Virus record (IMG/VR): IMGVR_UViG_3300035698_022762 | Coordinates: 16,389-80,388 of that record | Source of the DNA: a virus | Strand: one strand, 5' to 3' | DNA length: 64,000 nt | Shown: positions 28,501-38,046 of the stretch, in pieces | Layout of the letters: every line of letters begins with the position of its first letter | Numbering within the stretch: the stretch's first letter is position 1 | The notes under the pieces: model-generated | The model's input: only the letters and a program-made list of their open reading frames with translations | Told to the model about the DNA's origin: nothing | Databases searched by the model: none | Position numbers and translations under genes: made by a program

Positions 28501-30387
28501 ATGGAACATAAAAATATATATCAGTCGTTATTTAGAGAAGAAGTAAACATGGAAATAGTGACGCCGGAAGATATTCCTGTCCCTGAAATTCCATTTGAAG
28601 AATTTGTTTCTGATTATAATACGATTGAAGAAGTTGTCAACACAGAGAAATTTAAAGAAATTTATAGCCACTTTTTTGAATTCAACGAAAACGAAGAAGA
28701 AATATTTATTGGCGAAGACGAAGAAGAAGTAGAATCTTATGATCACGAAACGCAAGTTAGGGAAATTATAAAATGTGCAAATGATTTTGCTTATTTTGCC
28801 CACAAATATATAAGAATTTCCCACCCAACTAGAGGATTGATCCCTTTTAGAATGTATAAGTATCAAAAAAAGGTTTTAGTAAACTATGAAGAAAATAGAT
28901 TTAACATATTGAGCAAATTTAGACAAGGTGGGTTGACCACCCTATCTGTTCTTTGGTCTTTGTGGAGATGCATGTTTACTAACGATCAAAGAATAATGGT
29001 TCTCTCCAAAACAGACCGTGAGGCAAAATCGGCAGGAGAAATGGTCAAAAACGCTATCAAACACTTGCCTGAATGGTTAAGTCCTGCTTTAGCAAAAAGC
29101 AATGAACACGAAACGCATTTTGATGAAACTGGTTCTTATATGTGGTTCTACACGCCAGAAGCTGCTCGTGGTAAATCGCTTACTGTTTTGATAATTGATG
29201 AAGCAGCATTCGTTCCTGACATGGAAGTCCACTGGAAGGCCATGTACCCCGTTATATCCACTGGTGGTTCTTGTATAGTAGTATCAACCGTTAGAGGTAC
29301 TGGAAATTGGTACCACAGAATGTATACAGATGCGGAAGCTGGATTGAATCCATTTAATATTATTGATCTTGACTATTGGGAACATCCAGACTATGTGAAT
29401 CCTAAATGGGTAAAAGATACAAAAGCCATATTGGGAGATAAAGGGTGGGCGCAAGAAGTTCTAAGATCATTCTTAGGGTCTGGTGAAACATTCATTGATC
29501 CTAAAATCGTGGCTGCTATTCAACTGTACACCAAAAACAATGAACCTATTAGAATAAAATTTAGTGAATGGGCTAATAAAAATTATGATTCTAAAAGCGA
29601 TTGGGAGAAAGGTGCGTTTTGGATTTGGAAAGAACCTATTGAGGGACATGATTATATTTTAACGGCTGATTGTGCAGAAGGTGTTGGAGAAGATGGAGAC
29701 AATAGTGCTTTTCACGTTCTAGATGTAGCTACTTTAGAACAAGTAGGAGAGTTTTATAGCAACACAATCCCCCCTCACATGTTTGCAAAAATCATTAATG
29801 GAGTTGCGTATTATTATAACACCGCTTTAGTAGTTGTAGAAAATATAAATCAAGGTGTGGCCGTATTAAGTGGGTTGCAACACGATTTGGCATATGAAAA
29901 TATATATTTCGAGCCAAAAGGTAAAATGGAAATACCGGGTGTTAAGCCTAACAGAAATAGCAGAGCAGTATATTTAGAAACCTTGCAAAATAGAGTAATT
30001 AATGGGGTTGTAAAAATAAACAGCAGAAGACTATCAAAGGAATTAAACACATTCGTTTTTAACGCACAAAAAAAGAAAGCAGAAGCACAAAAAGGCAAGC
30101 ACGACGACGCAATCATAGCAATGGCTATAGGGCTTCATGTAAGAGACTTGCAACAAAGAAACCTTCCATTAGGGGCAGATACGCCAGAAGAAATAATGAA
30201 AGGATTTAATAAAGAAGTATATGAACAAATTAAAAAAGAAATAGAAAGTGATGCGCCAGAAGACTGGCTTTCGGATAATGAAGAATATGATCCTATTTTG
30301 AATCCTAATCAAGATGAAATTATGCCACCTGTAATGTTTGAAGTAGGTAGAAAAAATGAAAAATTACTTAGAGAATTTGGTTGGTAA
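28501..30387 (+). CDS. terL: Terminase large subunit (T4 gp17-like)
   Basis: YQ adenine motif, KFRQGGLTT Walker A variant, LIIDEAAF Walker B, VST coupling motif, LTADCAEG and HDD nuclease motifs. Confidence 0.93.
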   Translation: MEHKNIYQSLFREEVNMEIVTPEDIPVPEIPFEEFVSDYNTIEEVVNTEKFKEIYSHFFEFNENEEEIFIGEDEEEVESYDHETQVREIIKCANDFAYFAHKYIRISHPTRGLIPFRMYKYQKKVLVNYEENRFNILSKFRQGGLTTLSVLWSLWRCMFTNDQRIMVLSKTDREAKSAGEMVKNAIKHLPEWLSPALAKSNEHETHFDETGSYMWFYTPEAARGKSLTVLIIDEAAFVPDMEVHWKAMYPVISTGGSCIVVSTVRGTGNWYHRMYTDAEAGLNPFNIIDLDYWEHPDYVNPKWVKDTKAILGDKGWAQEVLRSFLGSGETFIDPKIVAAIQLYTKNNEPIRIKFSEWANKNYDSKSDWEKGAFWIWKEPIEGHDYILTADCAEGVGEDGDNSAFHVLDVATLEQVGEFYSNTIPPHMFAKIINGVAYYYNTALVVVENINQGVAVLSGLQHDLAYENIYFEPKGKMEIPGVKPNRNSRAVYLETLQNRVINGVVKINSRRLSKELNTFVFNAQKKKAEAQKGKHDDAIIAMAIGLHVRDLQQRNLPLGADTPEEIMKGFNKEVYEQIKKEIESDAPEDWLSDNEEYDPILNPNQDEIMPPVMFEVGRKNEKLLREFGW

Positions 30388-30433
30388 ATTGTGATTTTAA
30401 CTATATTATTAAAGACCATTTTAGGAGATTGAA

Positions 30434-30808
30434 ATGAAAACAGAAAAATCCCTTTCATATTTAAGACAAGCTTTAAATCATATGCCCAATAGCAATAAGT
30501 ATTCAGAAGCAAAAAACTTATTGCGACGTGCCTATGGCAAAATTCAAGATGTGGATATTAGAGAGGCAAAAAAAGAATCTACTGTTTCAGATAACGATTC
30601 CGATAATGTCTCTAAACAGTGGGCTATGGGAAACAATGGGGTAATGTCGAATCCATTTGAACAAAAGATGTTCGAACAGAAAAGTAAAGTACTACTTAAA
30701 ACAATAGAACAAATGATCCAAGAAGAAAAAGACAAATTGGATACTATTAAACAAGAAAAAAATACGCCGCAAAAGCCAACTGGACCAGTTGATATGTTAA
30801 ACGGATAA
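30434..30808 (+). CDS. Hypothetical protein
   Basis: 124 aa; AGGAG RBS. Confidence 0.6.
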   Translation: MKTEKSLSYLRQALNHMPNSNKYSEAKNLLRRAYGKIQDVDIREAKKESTVSDNDSDNVSKQWAMGNNGVMSNPFEQKMFEQKSKVLLKTIEQMIQEEKDKLDTIKQEKNTPQKPTGPVDMLNG

Positions 30809-31384
30809 CGTTCTTTGCTTCATGAAGTACAAGCTTTTTTCATAAAAATCTTCTGCTTCTAATAAAACTTCAGAAGAAATAGTGTTTTTGTGTTGAACAA
30901 TTTCTTCTGTAAAGTATTGCAAAGGTTGTTTTAATCCTAAATAATTGTCGATTAAATCCAATCCCTTATTAGAAATCAAGTCTCGATAAGTAAGCAAAAC
31001 AGAATTAGGAGTATGATTTGTCATTTCTCTTATTCTTTTTATTCTAAATAAGTAATATCTTAAAGCTGTTTTTTCGTGCATGCCTTCGTAAACTAAATCA
31101 TTTATAACCTCTTTTGGAGGCTTTATATAATAAACAAATTTACACATTTTAAAAAAAGATTTATGTCTAAATTGAAAGTTTTTCAAAAGGGTGGTCGAAT
31201 AAATCGCAGAAGAATTGTTTAATTTGTGAGGACTTCTTAATAATGCACTATATAGCATAGTAGGATGGCTAAACACATACCCATCACTGATAAGTGTTTG
31301 TATTCTTGGATTAAATTCTAGAGATTTTTCTAAGAATTGATAATTAGAACAAAGATGAGAAATTAAAAAAAGAATACGTTTCAT
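30797..31384 (-). CDS. Sulfotransferase-fold protein, degenerate P-loop
   Basis: ILFLISHLCS..L..NPRI, KFVYYIKPP and LLTYRDL..IDNYLGL follow the sulfotransferase layout without the RSG[ST]T motif. Confidence 0.45.
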   Translation of the reverse strand: MKRILFLISHLCSNYQFLEKSLEFNPRIQTLISDGYVFSHPTMLYSALLRSPHKLNNSSAIYSTTLLKNFQFRHKSFFKMCKFVYYIKPPKEVINDLVYEGMHEKTALRYYLFRIKRIREMTNHTPNSVLLTYRDLISNKGLDLIDNYLGLKQPLQYFTEEIVQHKNTISSEVLLEAEDFYEKSLYFMKQRTLSV

Positions 31385-31435
31385 GATTTACTACATTAAA
31401 AGAGTACATAAAAAGAAATTAAAGGAAAATAAATA

Positions 31436-33985
31436 ATGCCTTGGTGGGATGTTTTTAAAGTTTTTACATATGCGTTTGAGCAAGACCCCCTTTCTCGAAA
31501 AAAAGACGGGCAAGACCTCACTACAGGCGTTGGCGTTTCCCAAGCAGATGCTATACCGGACATAAGACAAGATGGTAGTTTCTCTGGTGGTGATAGTTCT
31601 AGTCTGGTGCGTCTAAGATCAACAAACGATTTTATCGATTTAACATCAGTCTCTAATAGACAAAGTAGATATAAAGAATATGAAAGACTAAGAAATCTAC
31701 CTGAAATAGAAATGGTAATGACTGTGTTTGCAGATGAGTCTTGCTTGACAGGAGATACTAAGGTAAATACTCTTTATCATGGATTGAAATCATTAAAATG
31801 GTTAACTGAAAATCTAGAACATGAAGAATTTTTAGTGTATTGTTGGGATTTTGAAAAAAACGATTACACCTTTGGATGGGCATACAATCCTAGAGTTGTT
31901 AAAACAGATAAAGTAGTAGAAGTAAAATTAGACGACGGCACAAAATTCAAAGCCACCTATGATCATAGAGTATTGAAAAATGATAATACTTGGGTGAATG
32001 CTATAGATTTGGAAATAGGAGATGATTTAAAATCTTTTTATAGAAAAGAAGCAGATACTAAGCTTTCTAGAAAAAAAGAAAATCAATTCATGAGAATATA
32101 TTCTCCACAAAGGGGATGGATTAATGAGAGACAATTCATAGAAGAATGGAAAAGCCAAAAATTTTCTGAAAAATATGAAAGAGTTAATAAAGCTAGAAAA
32201 CTAATAGCTGCTGGACTTACTACAAACGAATGTGCAAAAATAATGCAGTGTCAGTGGCGTACCATTGCTTTGATGATAGAAAAAGAAGGATTTTCTGGAC
32301 GTGAATTGAAAAAACTTGGTGAAAGCCAAAAATCAAGAAAAATTATTGGAATAAGAAAAGTAGGCAATGAAGCAGTTTATGATTTGTCCGTAAAAGAACA
32401 TGAAAACTTTTGTGGAGAATCTGCTGTTTTTCACAATTGCCAAATAGGAGAAAACAAACACCTATTTACAATAGAATGTTCAAACGATGCTGTGAAAAAA
32501 GAATTGGAATATATTCTTTTTCATAGAAAAGAATTAAACCTAGATAGAAAACTTACAAATTGGGCGAAAAATTTATATATTTACGGCGATCTTTTTGTCG
32601 AAATATGTATACATCCAGAAATGCCTAAAGCTGGAGTTTTAAGATTAAAAGAACTTCCAGTCGATACCATGTATAGATTGGAAACTACTAAAGATAGAAC
32701 TATAGAATTCCAACAAGCAAAAGAATCTCCAGATGTTCAAGCTTTGGAAATAGATATATCTCAAGCTACAGATGCAGAATTAAAACAAAGTAAAGCAATA
32801 AGATTTAGACCAGAACAAATAGTTCACTTCAAAATTGGAGAAGATAGAAAACTATTTAAACCATACGGACAATCTTTAGTCGAACCTGCTCGTGGGCCAG
32901 CACATCAATTAAGATTGATGGAAGACGCTATGGTTACATATAGACTGACTAGAGCGCCAGAGCGTAGAGTGTTCTACATAGATACTAAAACCTTACCACC
33001 ATTTAAAGCAGAAGCTTTTATGGAAAGAATTAAAGACCAATTCCGTAAAAAGAAAGTGGGCAAAAGGGGCGGTGCAGGTGGAGCTAACAGCGTAGAAGAA
33101 AGATGGCACGCACCCGCACAAGACGAAGATTTTTGGGTTCCAATTCAAGGGCAAAGCAATACTAGGATTGAAACTCTACCGGGTGCGTCGAATCTTGGCG
33201 AAATAGATGATGCTGTATATTTTAGAGATAAGCTATTTACTGCTCTCAACTTCCCTAAAAACTATTTTAGCAACGATGATCCACAAGCATCTAGAATTGC
33301 TCTTTCTGCTCAAGATGTGAAGTTTGCAAGGATGATAGAAAGACTTCAAAGAAACATAGAAGACGGTCTTTATATTATTGCAGAAAGACACTTATCTCTT
33401 AAAGGTTTTCCAGAAGAAGACTATGAAGATTTAATAATCCGCATGACTCCCCCTTCTGATTGGCGTGAAATGAGCCGTGCAGAAATTATATCTAATAGAA
33501 TAAACAATTCTAATAGCATTAAAGGATCAATGCTAATGTCAGACTTTGATATTTTGACAAAATGGATGAAATATACGGACAAAGATACAAAAGAAATAAT
33601 GTCCAGAAACAAAATTCAAAAACTAGAAGAATTGAAGATACAAGTTATCGCACAAAACCCTCAACTAATGGGTGTAGGTATTCCCGGAAACGAAGATGGT
33701 CAAGAAATAGGTGCAGAAGCTGGTGGATTAAACCCACCATTAAATCCAGATCAGCCTATGGGACAACCAGACCAACAATCTTTAAACATGGATAATGAAC
33801 TGAATCCTCAATTAGATCAAGGTCAAGGAATGTCTGGTGGGGGTGCTACTAATAATGAACCAAGTGTTAAGCACCAACCATTACCAGAACCTTCTGATGA
33901 AGATTTGAAAAAGTATGATCTTCAAGTGCAAAACTATAGTCAAGAATTAGATAGAGAAGAAATAGACTACAACTACGAAAATTAA
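31436..33985 (+). CDS. gp20: Portal protein (T4 gp20-like) containing an intein
   Basis: LRLMEDAMVTYRLTRAPERRVFYID, EDFWVP and IETLPGASNLGEIDD motifs. Confidence 0.93.
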   Translation: MPWWDVFKVFTYAFEQDPLSRKKDGQDLTTGVGVSQADAIPDIRQDGSFSGGDSSSLVRLRSTNDFIDLTSVSNRQSRYKEYERLRNLPEIEMVMTVFADESCLTGDTKVNTLYHGLKSLKWLTENLEHEEFLVYCWDFEKNDYTFGWAYNPRVVKTDKVVEVKLDDGTKFKATYDHRVLKNDNTWVNAIDLEIGDDLKSFYRKEADTKLSRKKENQFMRIYSPQRGWINERQFIEEWKSQKFSEKYERVNKARKLIAAGLTTNECAKIMQCQWRTIALMIEKEGFSGRELKKLGESQKSRKIIGIRKVGNEAVYDLSVKEHENFCGESAVFHNCQIGENKHLFTIECSNDAVKKELEYILFHRKELNLDRKLTNWAKNLYIYGDLFVEICIHPEMPKAGVLRLKELPVDTMYRLETTKDRTIEFQQAKESPDVQALEIDISQATDAELKQSKAIRFRPEQIVHFKIGEDRKLFKPYGQSLVEPARGPAHQLRLMEDAMVTYRLTRAPERRVFYIDTKTLPPFKAEAFMERIKDQFRKKKVGKRGGAGGANSVEERWHAPAQDEDFWVPIQGQSNTRIETLPGASNLGEIDDAVYFRDKLFTALNFPKNYFSNDDPQASRIALSAQDVKFARMIERLQRNIEDGLYIIAERHLSLKGFPEEDYEDLIIRMTPPSDWREMSRAEIISNRINNSNSIKGSMLMSDFDILTKWMKYTDKDTKEIMSRNKIQKLEELKIQVIAQNPQLMGVGIPGNEDGQEIGAEAGGLNPPLNPDQPMGQPDQQSLNMDNELNPQLDQGQGMSGGGATNNEPSVKHQPLPEPSDEDLKKYDLQVQNYSQELDREEIDYNYEN
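31742..32437 (+). mobile_element. Intein (232 aa) in the portal gene
   Basis: Block A CLTGDTKV, block B ATYDH, block F VYDLSV and terminal HN followed by Cys+1. Confidence 0.92.
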
Positions 33986-34332
33986 ATATCATCTCCATCA
34001 TCAGGACTTCCTGCGCCATCAGCAGGTGAAGCTATGAATTCATCTTTGTCTTTACTATCTACAGCATGGCTCATTTTACTAGCAGCTTGGCTCAAATTAG
34101 ATAGGTTGTCATCTACACTATCTAAAAGGTGTGATATTTCCTCATCTTTAGTTGCCAGCTTCCTGAAAAAAGATAAAGTTTCATTACGATATCTATCAAA
34201 GGCCATTCTGGATATTTTAAATAAAGAAGAAGTACCTTCTCTTTCTGGTTCTGATAGTGATGCATTACCTACAACGTCATCACCTACATCATTAGAATTG
34301 CGTTCTGTATAGAATGACTTAAAAGATTTCAT
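33982..34332 (-). CDS. Small protein with T4 IP-like N-terminus (putative internal head protein)
   Basis: MKSFKSFYTE resembles the T4 capsid-targeting sequence; AGGAG RBS. Confidence 0.55.
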   Translation of the reverse strand: MKSFKSFYTERNSNDVGDDVVGNASLSEPEREGTSSLFKISRMAFDRYRNETLSFFRKLATKDEEISHLLDSVDDNLSNLSQAASKMSHAVDSKDKDEFIASPADGAGSPDDGDDI

Positions 34333-34479
34333 ATTATAACTCCTGTTTTTTGTTTCTGCTGCATACTATATCTATAGCTAAGTGAACGATTTGTGTCAAT
34401 AATTTGTTCTGCTTTTCTAATTTAGTGGAGAAGCTTTAAAAGGTAACAGGACAATTAAAAATAATTTAGGAGCTAAAAT

Positions 34480-36306
34480 ATGAAAAGAAAACTAGTTAAC
34501 TTCGAAATCTTCGAAGAAATGCAAAAAAATTCGCTCACTGCAGCCGAAATGGAGCTTCAGGAAGCCAGTCCAATAATTGCTGCTGCAACAGGAGCAGACG
34601 AATTGGAATTAGTTAGTTTTGGACAAGATAATGTCATCTATGAAAATCTAGATGGTACATATGTTCAAGCTAACTATGAAATTAAAAATGGAAAAATCTT
34701 CCTAGAAAATATTTCCCAATTGGTTGTGGATGAGGAAAGTGAAGTTACTCATAGAAAAGAAAAAATTTCCGAAATGGTTGATGCCATATTGGATAGCAAG
34801 AGCGAGAAAGCTAGCTCTATTTTCTCTGAAATCGCCTTCAAAGTAACTAGCTCTAAACCCAAGAGCGGCGACAAGAAAAGAAAAAGTTCTAAACGTGGAA
34901 AAACTATTGGTGGGTCTTCTGCTAGAAAAAGCTGGATCACTCGTAGAAAGAACAAAAAGAAGTTCAGCACTGATAATCCCGGTGTTAAAGCACAAATAGA
35001 CAGAGTGGCAGATCGTGAAAAAAGAAAACTTGGTAGAAAACCACGTACTACTAAAGGCACTCAACATATTAGAACTTACACAAGATTCGGTAAGAATATG
35101 AAAGAATGGACCATGATGGTAGAAAACGTATTTGATTACGTTGACTACAAAACTTATGGTCCTGTGCTTAAAGAGTCTGTAGTTAGTAGAGATGAAGATG
35201 GCAACGTAGTTGCACTTCAAATTCCTACAATGAAATTAAGAAATGAAGCTAAATTACTTAGCTTTGATTGGAAAACTCCTGACACCAAAGTTACTGTGCT
35301 TAGAAATGGCGCAAAAATGATTGGTGAAAGCGAAAACTTCTGCAAGGCAGTAGCTGAACTAAAAAGACACAACGCTCTTTCAGATAGTAACGCACTAGAA
35401 GAAACTCTAGGAGATATAGTTTCCAAATGGTCAGACATAATTTACTTGACCGAAAATGAATTGTCTAAAATGATTAAGAAATCTTTGGATACCATTGGTA
35501 CCAAAAACTACGACGATCAAACTTGTCAGTTTATGGCCGAAGGTATTTTAAGAACTGCACATGAAATATACACAGAAAAAGTCGCTGCCATTATAACTAT
35601 GGCTGGACAAACTATTAGTGAAGAATCAGAAGATCAATATGCTGATTTCAGAAAAGTTGCTGATGAATTGTTTAGTAACCTAGACGAAAGCAACATGACT
35701 GAAATGCAAGTCTATGTCGATCTTTATAATGCTCTAAGAGAAGTGTATCAAGGTGCAGATAGTGATGCACTATTGGATGAAGCAGAAATGCATCTTTCCG
35801 AACTAGCAGCAATTATTAATAAAGAAATTGCACCTTCTCTAGATGTGGCAGCAGATGCTGCTGATTTCTTGGCAGATGTCATCGAAGAAACTAATCTCAA
35901 TACTAAAGATTGGCAAGTTTCCAATAGCACGCACACATCCATTAATGGTGATCACCCTGCTATGAAAGAAAAAGCTAATTCGTCATACACCCCTTCCAGA
36001 GACTTCTCTGGTGACTACAACGATCCTGCCCCTGTAAGTGACGGAGATTGGCGTATAGGCAAAGGTAGTGATGATGCAGAAGAAATGAGAGGAAGATCAC
36101 ACGGAAACATAGGCGGAAATGACACCTATCCATCATTAAACAACCCATACGTGCCAAAACCATATGGTGATTACACTATGAAGAATGAAAAAGGTGTTGA
36201 TAAAGACAATGATCCGAATGGACAATGGGGCAGTGGCGATACGTGGCCAAACTTGAAAAACCCATATGTTCCACAAGCTGTGACTCCCCAACCTGTAACC
36301 GAGTAA
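34480..36306 (+). CDS. Putative prohead core protein
   Basis: 608 aa between portal and protease; acidic helical body, K/R-rich insert, C-terminal DT(Y/W)PxLxNPYVP repeat pair. Confidence 0.6.
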   Translation: MKRKLVNFEIFEEMQKNSLTAAEMELQEASPIIAAATGADELELVSFGQDNVIYENLDGTYVQANYEIKNGKIFLENISQLVVDEESEVTHRKEKISEMVDAILDSKSEKASSIFSEIAFKVTSSKPKSGDKKRKSSKRGKTIGGSSARKSWITRRKNKKKFSTDNPGVKAQIDRVADREKRKLGRKPRTTKGTQHIRTYTRFGKNMKEWTMMVENVFDYVDYKTYGPVLKESVVSRDEDGNVVALQIPTMKLRNEAKLLSFDWKTPDTKVTVLRNGAKMIGESENFCKAVAELKRHNALSDSNALEETLGDIVSKWSDIIYLTENELSKMIKKSLDTIGTKNYDDQTCQFMAEGILRTAHEIYTEKVAAIITMAGQTISEESEDQYADFRKVADELFSNLDESNMTEMQVYVDLYNALREVYQGADSDALLDEAEMHLSELAAIINKEIAPSLDVAADAADFLADVIEETNLNTKDWQVSNSTHTSINGDHPAMKEKANSSYTPSRDFSGDYNDPAPVSDGDWRIGKGSDDAEEMRGRSHGNIGGNDTYPSLNNPYVPKPYGDYTMKNEKGVDKDNDPNGQWGSGDTWPNLKNPYVPQAVTPQPVTE

Positions 36307-36323
36307 TTTAAGAAAGGACGCTT

Positions 36324-37067
36324 ATGGAAATTTTATTATCAGAAAGTGCCTTTTCACCCGGTCATGTTTTCAAAAATGAATGCTTGATATACGGTGACAG
36401 TAGTGGGGCAATATTAAATGAAATGGTCAACTTAAATGAAAGTACTGACCCTGCTAACTCTGTAGTTAAATTTAGAGGCAAGTTTCAAGAAGCAGAAGCT
36501 ATCAACAAAAATAAAAGATCATATCCGTACAATGTTCTTGATAGCAATGTTAAAAGATTAGAAGAATCTGTAAAGAATGGCGCACTATGTGGTGAGCTAG
36601 ACCACCCTACAGATTCAATCGTACACTTTTCAAGTGTCTCACATAAAATCACAAAATTATGGTGGGAAGGAAAAGTTTTAATGGGAGAGGGAACAATACT
36701 AAACACACCTTGTGGAAAAATCCTTCGATCATTAATTAACGATGGAGTTAGAGTTGGAATCAGCAGCCGGGGAGTCGGAACTGGACGTGTTGATGAAAAT
36801 GGCATCCTTCAAATTGCTGAAGGATACAAACTCATAACTTTCGATGCCGTGGCCGATCCTAGTACTCATTCAGCCTTCCAAGAAAAAATTAAAGGAAGCA
36901 AAAATGAAATGGCACACGAACATCAAACCCCTATAGCTAATTTAGAAAATAATACTGCGAAAAATAACGCTAGTGGCATATATAAAATTAATAAAGAGCT
37001 ACTTTTAGCTTGTGTAGGTGGCGAAATCAAAAAACAGACAAGTAAACTCAAAGAGAGGTTAAGCTAA
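36324..37067 (+). CDS. gp21: Prohead protease (T4 gp21-like)
   Basis: NKNKRSY, GELDHP, GISSRGVG and FDAVADPS motifs. Confidence 0.93.
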   Translation: MEILLSESAFSPGHVFKNECLIYGDSSGAILNEMVNLNESTDPANSVVKFRGKFQEAEAINKNKRSYPYNVLDSNVKRLEESVKNGALCGELDHPTDSIVHFSSVSHKITKLWWEGKVLMGEGTILNTPCGKILRSLINDGVRVGISSRGVGTGRVDENGILQIAEGYKLITFDAVADPSTHSAFQEKIKGSKNEMAHEHQTPIANLENNTAKNNASGIYKINKELLLACVGGEIKKQTSKLKERLS

Positions 37068-37068
37068 T

Positions 37069-37998
37069 ATGGATAAACTAACAGAAGCATTGAGCAAGCT
37101 TTTACCAGAAGATCAAGTTCAAGAAGTAGCATCAGCCGTTGAAGAAATGTTCAACGAAGGGAAAGAGGAACTTGAAGCTGAATACAACACCAAGCTGGAA
37201 GAAGCATACGAAGAACTTTCTAAAGAAAAAGAAGATGCAGAAACAGTAGCTGAAAAAGGCTACCAAGAAGCATACGAAATAATTCAAGACCTTAGAAGTA
37301 GACTCGAAACACAAAAAAATGAATTCGATGTCGCTCTCGAAGAAGGATATGAAGAAGCATACCAAATGCTTAAATCTGAAAGAAGCAAAAACGATAATAT
37401 CGAAGTTGAACTTTATGAAGAGTATGAAACAAAACTCAAAGATATGAAAGAATACTTTGTAGATAAAATCGATGAATTCCTAGAACATAAAGGTGATGAA
37501 ATTTACGAACAAGCAAAGAAAGATATACTCAATGACCCAAGAATGGTTGAGCATAAACTTACTCTTAGCAAAATCGTTGATACCGTCTCTGGATACATAT
37601 CTGATGAAGATTATGCACATGTTTCTAACTCCAAGTTAGAAGAAGCACATAGAGCTTTTGAAGATATTAAAGGACAAATGAAAATACTTGAAGCTAAGAA
37701 CATTCGTGTCTCAGCCGAAAATAATAAACTTAATGAACAAGTGAGACAAAGCTCGCAAGTCATTAAGGAACATCAGGAAGCTAATACAGTTTCTGATAGA
37801 AAAGAAAGAAAAGAATTGAAAAGAACTGTGCAGGGGAGTGGAAAAACTGTATCTGATGATCAAATTGAACTTATCAAAGAACATCAAGAAACAGAAAGAC
37901 CTGACGCCGTTGTAAATGAGGATGATAACTTCTTCGACGAGAAAACGTTGAGTGAATGGACCAGACTCTCAGGTGTTAAAGGTGCTGATCAAGACTAA
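37069..37998 (+). CDS. Prohead scaffold protein (T4 gp22-like)
   Basis: E-rich coiled coil between the protease and capsid genes. Confidence 0.8.
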   Translation: MDKLTEALSKLLPEDQVQEVASAVEEMFNEGKEELEAEYNTKLEEAYEELSKEKEDAETVAEKGYQEAYEIIQDLRSRLETQKNEFDVALEEGYEEAYQMLKSERSKNDNIEVELYEEYETKLKDMKEYFVDKIDEFLEHKGDEIYEQAKKDILNDPRMVEHKLTLSKIVDTVSGYISDEDYAHVSNSKLEEAHRAFEDIKGQMKILEAKNIRVSAENNKLNEQVRQSSQVIKEHQEANTVSDRKERKELKRTVQGSGKTVSDDQIELIKEHQETERPDAVVNEDDNFFDEKTLSEWTRLSGVKGADQD

Positions 37999-38046
37999 GA
38001 CCAATAGTCTGTCCCGTAAAAAAAGAATTTAATTAGGAGAAAATAA

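Noticed and set aside
28912-28945. Terminase Walker A lacking Lys (RQGGLTT) as a sign of inactivation
   Set aside because: RQxG[ILM][ST] variants with an upstream Lys are common in gp17-like terminases, and all other motifs are intact.
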